64,000 nt of DNA from Azolla caroliniana (lineage: Eukaryota > Plantae > Polypodiophyta): positions 15,810,001 to 15,874,000 of the forward strand of contig JBHGNT010000005.1 in assembly GCA_043228905.1 (NCBI GenBank). Direction: 5' to 3'. Positions 46,826 to 57,914 of the stretch are shown here, piece by piece. The translations under genes were made by a program, and so were the position numbers. Every line of letters begins with the position of its first letter. Position 1 is the stretch's first letter. The notes below the pieces were generated by a model, which worked only from the letters and a program-made list of their open reading frames with translations, did no database searches and was not told the DNA's origin.

Positions 46826-49800
46826 AGAGAGAATGAGGGGAAAAGAAAACCTTGTTTTGTACATACAGTATAGCCCCACATCACCAGATTTTAGGCAGAG
46901 AATGACCAAGGATTCTTTATGGATTGATGGGCTGTATAATCCCTCTTGGGTCATTACAGAGCTCACTAGAAAGGAAACGTTAATGCCCACTCATACCGAA
47001 TTCCCAATAAATAATGATAACATTGGAACCGAGATTAGCATAGCGTTAGTTCTAAATCAAGACATTGCTTTTGTAGAAATGGTCAAATGTTGTACTAAAC
47101 ACAAAGATTTGCATAAGGGGAAAATTATACATGATGAGATAGTGAGGCGAGGGTTGCTTGAAAAAAGTCCTTACATAGCTAGCGCATTGATCAATATGTA
47201 TGCTAAATGTGGTATTCTTACAAAAGCAAAAGAAGTGTTTGATGAGCTCTCTTCTCCAGATATAGTATCTTGGTCTGCTCTTATTGGAGGGTACACTCAG
47301 CAAGGAAAAGGGCATGAAGCTATGATTTGTTTTGATCAAATGATATGCAAAGGTTTGTCTCCAAATGCAGTAACTTATGCATCCATTTTGAAGGCTTGTA
47401 GCCAGACCAGAGATATCAAAAAGGGCAAACAAATTCATGAGGAGATTGTGAAGAGAGGTTTTCTTGAGAATAATCTAGTTCTTGGATCAGCTCTGGTGGA
47501 TATGTATGCTAAATGTGGTATGCTTGCAAAAGCACAAGAAGTATTAGATGAACTTGTCGTCCGAGATGTGGTCACTTGGAATGCACTTATTTCTGGATAT
47601 ACCCAAAGCAAGCAAGGCCATGAAGCCCTAGAGTGTTTTGATCGGATGAGAAATGAAGGTCTCTCACCAGATCTGGTTACCTTCACTTGTATCTTGAATG
47701 CTTGTGGGAGCACTGGGTCTATTGTAAAGGGCAAAGCTTTCCATGAGGAGATTGTGATGATTGGTGGCTTGCTTCAGAAAAGTGTCATTCTTGGCAATGC
47801 TTTGGTTGATATGTATGCCAAATGTTGCTTTCTTGCAAAAGCACGAGAGGTACTTTATGGACTCCCTATTAGAGATGCGGTTTCTTGGAATGCAGTAATA
47901 GTTGGATATGTTCAACAAGGACAGGGCGAGGAGGCATTGAAATGCTTTGAGCAAATGAAAAAAGAGGGTTTATCCGGGGACCTTGTAACTTTTTTGAGCA
48001 TCTTGAAGGCTTGTGTTAGTACCAGAGCAATAAAAAAGGGCATGGAAATGCATGATGAAATAGTGGGTTCAGGTTTGCTTGATAAAAACTCAGTGATTGG
48101 TACAGCTCTGGTGGATATGTATGCAAAATTTGGTATGCTTGAAAAAGCACAAGAAGTACTCAATGAACTTCCTGTTCAAGATGTTGCCTCGTTGTCAGCA
48201 ATCATTGCTGAATATTCCCAAGAAGGGCAAGGTCCTGAACCTTTAAATATATGTCAACGGATGCAAACCAAAGGAATGTCTCCTGATGCAATCACATTTG
48301 TTTGCATGCTAAAGGCTTGTGGAAGTACCGAAGCTATTGAGAAAGGTATGCAAATACACGATGAAATTGTGTCAAGAGGTCTTCTAGGTCAAAACATTGT
48401 GCTTGGGAATGCTTTGGTGGACATGTATGCTAAATGTGGCATGCTTGCAAAAGCACAAGAACTGCTCGATGAACTCCCGGTTCGAGATACAGTGTCATGG
48501 AATGCACTCATTGCTGGGTATGCCCAACACGGTCAAGGTCATAAAGCACTTGACTGCTTTGAACAAATGCAAAGAGAGGGCCTTTGTCCTGATATTGTGA
48601 CTTTTGTTTGTATTCTGAAGGCTTCTGTCTGTACCAGAGATCTTAACAAAGGTAGACGAATTCATGACGAAATCACCCGGAAAGGTATGATGGGAAAGAA
48701 CATTGTGCTTGACAATGCTTTGATTGATATGTATGCCAAGTGTGGTATGCTTGACAATGCACAAAAGTTACTTAACGAGGTACCAGGCAGAGATGTAGTC
48801 TCATGGAACTCAGTTATTGCTGGATATGCCCACGAGGGGCAAGGCCATGAAGCATTGAAGTGTTTTGGACAAATGCGAAATGAGGGGTTTAGTCCAGATG
48901 CAATCACCTTTGCTAGCATGTTCAAGGCTTGTGGTAGCATAGGAGCTATTCATAAGGGAAAACAAATTCATGATGAAGTTGTTAATGAGGGCTTGCTTGA
49001 GAAAGATATTGTACTAGGGACTGCTTTGGTGGATATGTATGCCAAGTGTGGTGTACCAGCAAAAGCTCATCAAATACTACTTGATGGTCTGCCTTGGCAA
49101 ACTGTGGCGTCGTGGAATGCAGTAATTTCTGGATATGCTCAGCAAGGGCAAGGTCATGAAGCGGTGGAGTGTTTTGAACAAGTGTGTCGAATGAAAGGCC
49201 TCTTACCAGACTCTGTGACCTTTCTATGCCTCCTAAATGCATGCAGTCATTCAGGCTTAGTGGATGAGTTTGAAATGTATTTTGGCCTTATGAGCTCTAA
49301 ATTTGGGATAACACCAAGTTTAGAGCACTATACTTGTATGGTTGATGCTTATGGATGTGCGGGACTCTTCAGTAAGGCCATATCAGTGGTAGAAAAAGAA
49401 TCCTGTTCTGATTATCCTCCTGTTTGGCTCTCGATATTGAGTGCTTGTAGAAAGTGGGGGAATGTGCAGCTTGGGAGATATGCCTTTGATCAAGTTGTGC
49501 AGCTTGATTGTAGTTACGGAGTGTATTATGTGATTATGGCTAATATCTATGCCACCGCCGGAATGCAACAAGATGCTGAGAAGGTAGAAGCTTTGAGAGT
49601 CCAATTTGCCAGTTGGAAGAAACCTGAAAATAGTCTTTGGTTTGATACAAATGGAAATGCTCATTCATTTTGTATTGGACATACTAATCATTGTCAATCT
49701 AAAGAGATATATAGAAGACTTGAAGATATTGACTTAAAATTGTCGAATGAGGGGTGCTCACAGAGTGTGCGTCAGTTGTTAAAAAGTGTTTCTAATAGCG

Positions 49801-50033
49801 TAGAAAACAATGTGTTATGTGGGCATACACACTTGAAAGCCATGGCTTGTGCCCTCATCAATACACATCAAGAGAAAATCATACATGTTTTCAGTAATGT
49901 GCATATTTGTGCTGATTGTCATACTGGGACAAAACTTATATCGAAACTAGAACATCGAAAGATCATGGTGAGAGATGCTGGCCGACTTCATGTTTTCCAA
50001 GATGGAAAATGTTCATGTGGGGATTGTTGGTAA
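46652..50033 (+). CDS. PLS-class pentatricopeptide repeat protein with E1-E2-DYW (ends DCW), organellar RNA-editing factor family; predicted exons 46652-46759 and 46869-50033 (about 1090 aa)
   Basis: Uninterrupted 3.2-kb frame with L-S-(P-L-S)x6-P2-L2-S2 (23 motifs), E1, E2 and DYW (CADCH, HVFQDGKCSCGDCW). A phase-0 GT..AG intron 46760-46868 joins an upstream ATG exon; this exon model is inferred. Confidence 0.93.
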
Positions 50034-50168
50034 TAGGTGAAGTAAAAATTGAACATCAGATCTGAAAGATCAGAGTGTGTCATGATAGTTTTGTTTATTG
50101 GTTCAATCTTGAGATGCATCAATCAGGGTGTCACCCTCCCTATGTTGACTTTAATTCAGGGAAATATT

Positions 50169-50509
50169 TGTATAAAATTTGGTGGGCTATCCCCAATTAT
50201 CAGAAATTAGGTGACGTCATTCATGTAATCGCTGGTTGAATCCTGGAACTTGCCGGGTAGGAAATATTAATTAAGGGAACAAAATCCCAATCTACTATAT
50301 AAAATTTTATTTAATGAATGAATACAAAAGTGCCCTTACTGTATAAAATTTGGTGGGCTGTCCCTAATGATCAGAAATTAGGTGACATCACTCAAGTAAC
50401 CGCTGGTTGAATCTTGGAACTTACCATGTAGAAATATTAATTAAGGGAACAAAATCCCAATCAAGTGTATAAAATTTTATTTAATGAATGGATACAAAGG
50501 TGTCCTTAC
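50169..50509. repeat. Tandem duplication, about 171-bp unit x2, just 3' of the PPR stop
   Basis: TGTATAAAATTTGGTGGGCT...GTGCCCTTAC at 50169 and 50340. Confidence 0.88.
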
Positions 50510-50599
50510 AAATATTAATGAAGTTTATTTTTTCCTTTTAATAAACCTGACTGCTATAACGCAATGCGTCTTCTATTGGGGTCCTTTTTGTTGCTATGG

Positions 50600-51349
50600 A
50601 TGTTCACGAATGTGAACAATGATTTTAGTAAGGAACCCATTAGTGTTTCACATTTTAATGTTTCATCAATAATGTTACATACTGAGATTGTTGGATCTAG
50701 TTGTCTTTTTACCAATTGCATGAAGGTATCCATTGTTTCTCTTGGTACAAGAATATTTTGGTCATGATGTAAAGAGTGTTGGTGTTAATGTTAGAGGTTA
50801 TTACACATTGCTCGTGCACATAAGAGATGTTGAGCATGATCAACATGTTGATAACTCATATGCATGATTATCTCAATTCATACAAATAGGTCTTTACTTT
50901 TCCAATCACTTAATTCAGGTTTTGTTGAAGTAATGGTTTCATAACTGTTCACAATTCCTTTAAGGTTTGTTGTTTTTAGAGTTAACTCTATTCTCTTTTT
51001 CCACGTGTAATTGTATTGGTGGTTGATGAGATCTTGTGTTGATTGTCTGGATCAATTGATGTGATGTACATTGCATATTTATCCATGAATCGCTCTAATA
51101 CCATGTGAGGATTAAACAAGGAGAATCAAGAGAACAGAAAAACGGTACAAGTATGTAATTCTGAGTCATATGTATTAATGTTTTTGTTACAGTGTTTAAA
51201 TATATGGTTTCTTGAACAACCGTAGAATGTACACCTCTTCATATGAAGGGCTATATTTATTTTTCCTATAAGTAATATATTAAAATAGGATAATACTAAT
51301 AATTTTTGTTTTACATTAAATGACAGTTCTAACATGACTATTGACAACA
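50600..51349 (-). mobile_element. Old LTR-element 5' remnant (LTR about 51104-51349, Met-i PBS, decayed internal start)
   Basis: Plus strand GCTCTAATACCA at 51092-51103 directly abuts TG; CAACA at 51345-51349. The left boundary is uncertain. Confidence 0.45.
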
Positions 51350-52390
51350 TGCAAGTTCAAAATATTATATCTTTGATTACCTTAATAGCTATGAAAACTT
51401 ATGATGAATAGGCCTTGGATTGCTTTGAGGAAATGCAATTTGAGGGTCATTCTCCCAATGCAGCTACTTATGTTTGTATATTAAAGGCATGTAGTATAAT
51501 GGAATCCGGTGTTAAGCAATGAAATGTAGTCGTATTGAAGATGCACATAGAGTGCTTGAACATTTACCCACACATAATGTGGTTAGTTGGGGTGCCATGA
51601 TTGTTGGATTTACCTACCAAGGAAAAGCACAAGATGGATGTATGTATGTATGTACATACGTACGTACGTACGTATGTATATGGTCATGTTTGCCAACTAT
51701 GGTTACCTCATTGATGCATGCATACTATTTGATAAATTGTTACACAAAGATGCTAGTATATGGAAATGTATAATAGAAAGATGTGGTGTTGAACACAATT
51801 ATTGTTGTATTAGTGTTGAAATATTTTGATCATATGTGAAGAGAAGGTATGAAACCAAAATGAGGTCATATTTACATCACTTGTGTCAACTTGTAGTCAT
51901 TTGGACGTAGTTTTTGAGGAGTATTATCCTTTAAATTCATTAGAGACAAACCATGATATAGAACTTATCATTGATCCTTACAATGGTGTTGAGCTCCTTG
52001 GTCAATCAAGATGTCCACACAAAGCCATAATATACTTCATACGATGCCATTTCAAAAGAATATAATCAGTTGGACTATATATGAATTAGTGGATGTGTGC
52101 AACATGATTATTGTGAAGAAGCACACGAATGTTTAATAGAGATGAATCAACAGGTATTTTTCTTGATGCAATCACATTACTTGCACCTTGAAAGCTTGTG
52201 GAAGTCTCAATGCCCAAGATAAGGTAATAGAAAATCCGCAATGAGGCTATAGATTAGGAGATAGTACTACACATGGAGAAGGATATGGTGAACCCATTAG
52301 TTGATATGTATGCCAAGTGTGAGTGTGGTATGCTCGCAAAACTGATCGAGAAGCTTCATGTTAACAATGTAGTCCCGTGGAACTAATTTG
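51350..52390 (+). pseudogene. Decayed PLS-class PPR pseudogene fragments
   Basis: ALDCFEEMQFEGHSPNAATYVCILKACS, KCSRIEDAHRVLEHLPTHNVVSWGAMI, FITLVSTCSHL, LVDMYAKC, with stops and frameshifts. Confidence 0.82.
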
Positions 52391-52409
52391 TCAATGAGTT
52401 ATTCCGATT

Positions 52410-52815
52410 CTACTGGTTACCAATGGATGTAGTGAGCGATAGAGATACTAAGTTTACTACTTTGAGCATGAGTTCCACAAACCACCCTTAGTTTGATGGA
52501 CAAACAAAACGAGTTAATCAGATCATTGAGGATATGCTTTGAGCATATGTGGCTAAGAAGTCTACTAAATGGGAACAATATCTTCCTATTTTGGAGTTTG
52601 CATATAATAGCTCCAACCATACATCAACTGAAACTAGTCCTTTTATGTTGATGTATGGTTTTCAACCACGTACCCCAATCGATGTCAACATTCATTGTGA
52701 TGAGTTACACACAACACAAAATTCTCTAAGGGATATGCGAGATATGTTGCATATAGCTTAGGACAATATAAAAACGGCTCAAGATAGAGCTCACGTTTAT
52801 GTTGACCAACATCGA
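52410..52815 (+). pseudogene. Gypsy integrase core fragment (chromovirus-like), host of D
   Basis: DGQTKRVNQIIEDML*AYV...WEQYLPILEFAYNSS...TSPFMLMYGFQPRTP. Confidence 0.8.
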
Positions 52816-53218
52816 TGTTGAGAGACAAGCTCAACATCGGCCGGATTGGCTGAAGAAGCCGAGGACCAGATTGGTTGGGACCGATCGATTAGGCCGAGTG
52901 CGTAAACTGGGAGGCCGTTAGGAAAGATGTTCCGTGAGGAATATATTTGGGAGTTAGTGTAGGAGCTCTTAAAGAGCATTGAAGTACGGTCAGTACTTCG
53001 GTCAGTCCTTCGAGGACTTGTATAAAAGTGTTCATGGAACACACATATGTGTAGAGTAGTGAATCGAGATCTTTTGTTGAATATAGTTCTTGTGTTTTCT
53101 CTCTCTCACTCTCTCTGTCTCTCCCGCGTATACTGCGTAAGCTCAAGCTCTCCATTAAACCTGAGTTTTCTTCCTTCTGTTCCGTCTTCATACTTGCTTC
53201 CGCACGTTACTTCTTACA
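52816..53218 (+). repeat. 5' LTR of D
   Basis: TGTTGAGAGACAAGCTCAAC...TTACA; repeated from 63802. Confidence 0.94.
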
Positions 53219-53290
53219 TGGTATTAGAGCGCGAGGGTTGAGAACCTCTCTACAGCCGACACAGCTTGACGAAGAAGAACAAGAAGAACG

Positions 53291-56200
53291 ATGGATAGAG
53301 GCATGGCGAGCTCGCTTCCAACAGAGAAGCTTGACAGAACCAACTATGCGTCTTGGTCTTACAAGATGCACCAGTACCTGCTCAGGCACGGCTACTGGAG
53401 TTATGTCGAAGGAGCTAATGACGCGGCACCCGAATCGACACACAGAGACTTCCCCTCGTGGGAGCAATCGGCGAGCAGGGTATTATACTGCTTCGCGTCG
53501 TGTGTGGGCGAACAACTATTGAGCTATGTTCGGGATGCAAAGACGTTGAAGGGTGCGTGGGAAAATCTGAAGAAGATCTTCGCCACGAGCACCACAGCCA
53601 GGAAGCTTCAGCTCCGACAGGAGTTGAGCAACCTACGACAACGCGACTTGTCGGTGGCGGACTATACCTCAAAGATCAAGGATATCTGCGACTCCCTCGC
53701 CTCCATAGAGGTGAACATTGAGGAGAGCGAGATGGTCCAGATCTGTTCGGAGGTTTGGCGTTGAAGTTCACAGCGTTCCGGACGGCTGTGTGTACCCGGG
53801 AGAATACGCCATCCTTTTTCGACTTACAGTCAATGCTCCTGGTAGAGGAGAACCACGCGGGTGCGTCTACAAGCACGCACACCGACAGCAGAATGTTGTA
53901 CACGGAGGGAGATAGGCCCCGTGGACGTGGAGGACGAGGCGAGTCGGCGCGCAATGGAGGTGGCCGACGAGATCAAGGAAGAAGGCACCGAAGTGATGCC
54001 GACAACAACTCCGGACCCTCCAGGAACAGGGGGAGTCGAAGCGATGAGAACCGGCAAGGGAAGGCCATCGTGGAGTGCCGGTACTGTGGCAAGAAAGGCC
54101 ACAGGGAAAGTGAGTGCTGGAAGAAGCGCGCCGATTCGGAGAGAACCGGTTCCGGAAACGGCTCAGGACATACCGACAAGAGAAATCGGCAGCGATCACA
54201 CTACGCCGAAGACTCCGGGAGAGCCAGAGAAGGGTCTGCCTTCGTGACGAGACACGAAGCAAAGTCAATGAAACGGATCACCCTGAGATCGGACAAGGTG
54301 TGGTACGTAGACTCCGGCGCGTCAAACCACATGACGAGCCATAAGGAGTGGTTCTCGTACCTTGAAAAACCGATACAACCTGGAGTAGTCGCAACTGGAG
54401 ACGACACTCCGCATCCGATCGCGAATGTCGGAGAAGTTCCCCTTAGCCATGTTGGGAAGAAAGGGAAACTCATGAACGTGCTGCATGTTCCGACAATCAC
54501 AAAGAACTTGGTCTCGGTTGGACAGATCGTCGACCAAGGGATGGAGGTTCGGTTTACACACCTCGGGTGCTTCATTGAGGAAGAAGGCTGAGTGATTGCG
54601 CAAGGGCGCAGAGACGGGAGGATGTTCATCCTCGACTCCACTAACGGCGGCACTGCAATGTTCGCGAAGGGAAGACAAACCGAGTCAGACATCGACTTGT
54701 GGCACAAGCAGATAGGCCACGTCAACTACCAGCGGCTTCAAGATCTGCAATCGAAACAGGTAGTGTTTGGATTGCCCAAATTTAGTGGCCGAAAGGCACA
54801 AATTTGTGAAGCCTGCCAGCTCGGGAAGCAACACCGACTTCCTTTCCCCAACGAGCGAAACTGCAGCCAGAACAAGCTCGACCTTATACACTCCGATGTA
54901 TGGGGGCCGACACAAAACGTTAGTCTTGGCGGGAGCCGATATTTCGTCTCCTTCATCGACGACCACACGCGGCACACGTGGATCTACCTCATTCAGAGGA
55001 AGAGCGAAGTCTTCGACTGTTTCCGGGGCCTCAAAGGGTTCGTGGAAACGGAAACGGGACGAAAGATCAAGTGCCTGCGGTCGGATGGCGGGAAAGAGTA
55101 CTTTTCTGGTCAATTCAACGGTTATCTAAAACAAATGGGAATTCGGCGTGAATTCAGTTGTAGATACACGCCAGAGCAGAACGGCGTGGCCGAGAGGAAG
55201 AATCGGTCAGTTGTGGAAGTGGCACGGGCAATGTTGGAGGAGAATAGCTTGCCCAAGTTCTACTGGGCCGGGGCGGTAAGGACCGCGGTATACATCCAGA
55301 ACCGGATCGGAGACAAAGTGTCGGCGCACGAGCTGTATTTCGGAACAAAGCCGAACTTGCGACACTTGAGGGTGTTCGGTAGCATTGCGTGGAAGCTGGA
55401 CGCAAGGCCGAGAAATGCATCTTGGTCGGTTACTCGGACGAGCAGAAGGGTTATAAGTGCTATAACCCTCGCACCAAACAAGCGCGTGTTAGCCGTGACG
55501 TTGTGTTTGACGAGTCTGCGTCCTGGTACCAACCCCCGACTCCGAACCCCGACTCCAATCCGAGCTCTGACGATGAGGTCAACAAGGCCGAGATGCCTCC
55601 GGATGAGCCCGAAATCGAGACCCGCGAAGAGAGTCCGATTTCACTCCATTTAAGTGGACCGATTGGATGACTAAGTCGTTACGACTAGTCCGATGAAGAG
55701 CCGGCGAGTAGTGGAGACTCGGTCGTGCATTCCCCACACAGGAAGCCGAGGAGACGGCTTACGCGCAAAGAGAAAGGGAAGAAGAAGCTGTCGGATTCCG
55801 GCACGGATAGGAACGAGTCAGACCGACGCGAGTCCGATTCCGAGGGAACCGGTGACGGATCTTTAAAGGTGAAGACTGCGTCGACCGAGAAGGCCTCGAC
55901 ATCGGCTAATGTGAGATTACGCCGATCTACTCGCCAGAAGAATCTTGTTTTGCGGTTCGGATACAACGAGTACATGGCACATCATTATGCGTACATGACC
56001 CGTGCAGCGGAAGTGCGTGAGCCGGAGAGCTACGCAGAAGCAGCTAAAGACGCGAATTGGCGTGCCGCGATGGAGGAAGAGATGCATGCATTGGCAGAGA
56101 ACGAGACCTGGGACCTGGTTGATGCACCAAGAGGGGTAAAACCGATCGGGTGTAGGTGGGTGTACAAGGTCAAGTACAACACCGATGGCTCGGTCAACCG

Positions 56201-57042
56201 GTACAAGGCTCGGTTAGTGGCAAAGGGCTACGCGCAGAAACACGGCATCGACTACGATGAGACGTTTGCGCCGATCGCGAAAATGACGACCGTCCGTGTC
56301 TTGCTCGCAGTAGCTGCGGTGAAGGGGTGGCACTTACATCAGATGGATGTAAAGAATGCGTTCCTGCAAGGTGACCTTGAGGAACAGGTGTACATGGTAC
56401 AGCCCCCCGGATTTCATTCTGGGACGAACTCCTCAGCAGTATGCCGACTGAAGAAGTCCCTTTACGGACTGAAGCAAGCCCCGCGTGCCTGGAACACGAA
56501 GATCACGCAACAACTGCGTCGGATGGGCTTCGTCACGTCAAAATCAGACTCTTCCATGTTCATCCGGAAAGGTCGACTCGGACCGGTTAGTATTTTACTA
56601 TACGTTGATGACTTGGTCATCACCGGCGCCGACCTACTTGAAATCGACCGCGTGAAGCTCCAGCTTGCGGCATCGTTCGACATGAAGGATCTGGGGGACC
56701 TTCATTACTTCCTCGGGATCGAAGTGATCTATACCCCCGAAGGCATAATGATCAGCCAACGTCACTACGTGCTGAGTATGCTCTTCAAATTCGGGATGGC
56801 CGACTATAAGTCAGTCTCAACTCCTCTGGACAGAACCGTCAAGCTTCGTCCCGATACGGGAACGGTATGCGACCCGACGAGGTTCCGACAAATTGTCGGA
56901 AGCCTCATATATTTGACCATCACCCGACCCGACCTCAGTTATCCGGTCGGAGTGATCAGTCAGTTCATGGCGCGACCTACCGAGGAGCACCTTCAGTGTG
57001 CGCAACGCACACTTCGGTATGTCAACGGCACTAAGGACCGGG
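53291..57042 (+). pseudogene. D gag-PR-INT-RT
   Basis: ORFs 53291-53764, 53755-54591, 54592-55653 and 55725 onward; all Copia motifs present; a few frameshifts and stops. Confidence 0.95.
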
Positions 57043-57904
57043 TGACGGGAACTTATCGTTCCTTATGTCCAACGCTCGGCCACAACCGAGATTCTTCTCA
57101 TACACAGAAAACGGGAAATAGAACACGACACAAAGAGGAGAAATGGACACAGGAGGTTAACGTGGAAAACCCCAAACTAGGGGAAAAACCACGGTAGCCC
57201 ACAGGCTGCAAACTGTCACTATGTAGGAATATACAACAGTGAGTTCACTGAGGCAATGACCTTGTGCTCACAGATCTTCGCCACAGGCGGCGGTTACAAT
57301 AGAGGCAACGACCTCGTCTCTCTCTCTCTCTCTCTCTGTACAGTTACTTACTCTCACTTCTTCTTACACCAACAAGAAAGAATGACAACAACACAATATT
57401 AGTTTGCCCTAAGTCATATTTATACTAATATGACTTTTCGGCTATTTACAAATATAACCACAATGGGCTCTCAGAAACATATTTACGAATATGTCTCTTC
57501 CTTCGGTTCATACCGGGCCTGCACCATCCGGCTCTCCGTAGCCGGGTACTCCTCATCCGGTTCATACTGGGCCTGCACCATCCGGCTCTTCGTAGCCGGG
57601 TACTCCTCATCCGGTTCATACTGGGCATGTACCATCCGGCTCTCTGTAGCCGAGTACTCCTCATCCGGTTCACACCGGGCCTATACCATCCGGCTCTCCG
57701 TAGCCAAGTACTCCTCATCCGGTTCACACCGGGCCTGTACCATCCGGCTCTCCGTAGCCGAGTACTCCTCATCCGGTTCACACCGGGTCTATATCATCCG
57801 GCTCTCCGTAGCCGGGTACTCCTCATACCGTTTCGGCCGAGGCCGAGTCTGTTCATCGGCACTGTTCTTCTCCCTTCCCATCCAGAGGGACCTGTCTCCC
57901 AACA
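57043..57904 (-). repeat. 3' LTR of E
   Basis: Plus strand TGACGGG...CCCAACA; direct repeat of 61872-62738. Confidence 0.95.
57503..57830. repeat. 54-bp tandem repeat x about 6 in U3 of the E 3' LTR
   Basis: Unit GCCGGGTACTCCTCATCCGGTTCACACCGGGCCTGTACCATCCGGCTCTCCGTA; starts at 57541 and 57595. Confidence 0.93.
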
Positions 57905-57914
57905 AACTCCCCCT

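Noticed and set aside
46764-46868. ORF-track N-terminus MFSSCVFVLVCVCV...
   Set aside because: It starts at GTG and translates a microsatellite; an intron explains it better.
49615-49650. DYW:KP (U-to-C candidate) assignment from KKP
   Set aside because: The following residues (ENSLWFDTNG) fit the WW-type box rather than KPAxAxIEV as I recall it; an HMM comparison is needed.
51638-51680. Palindromic (TATG)n(TACG)n run
   Set aside because: A simple microsatellite inside a pseudogene; the symmetry follows from the unit.
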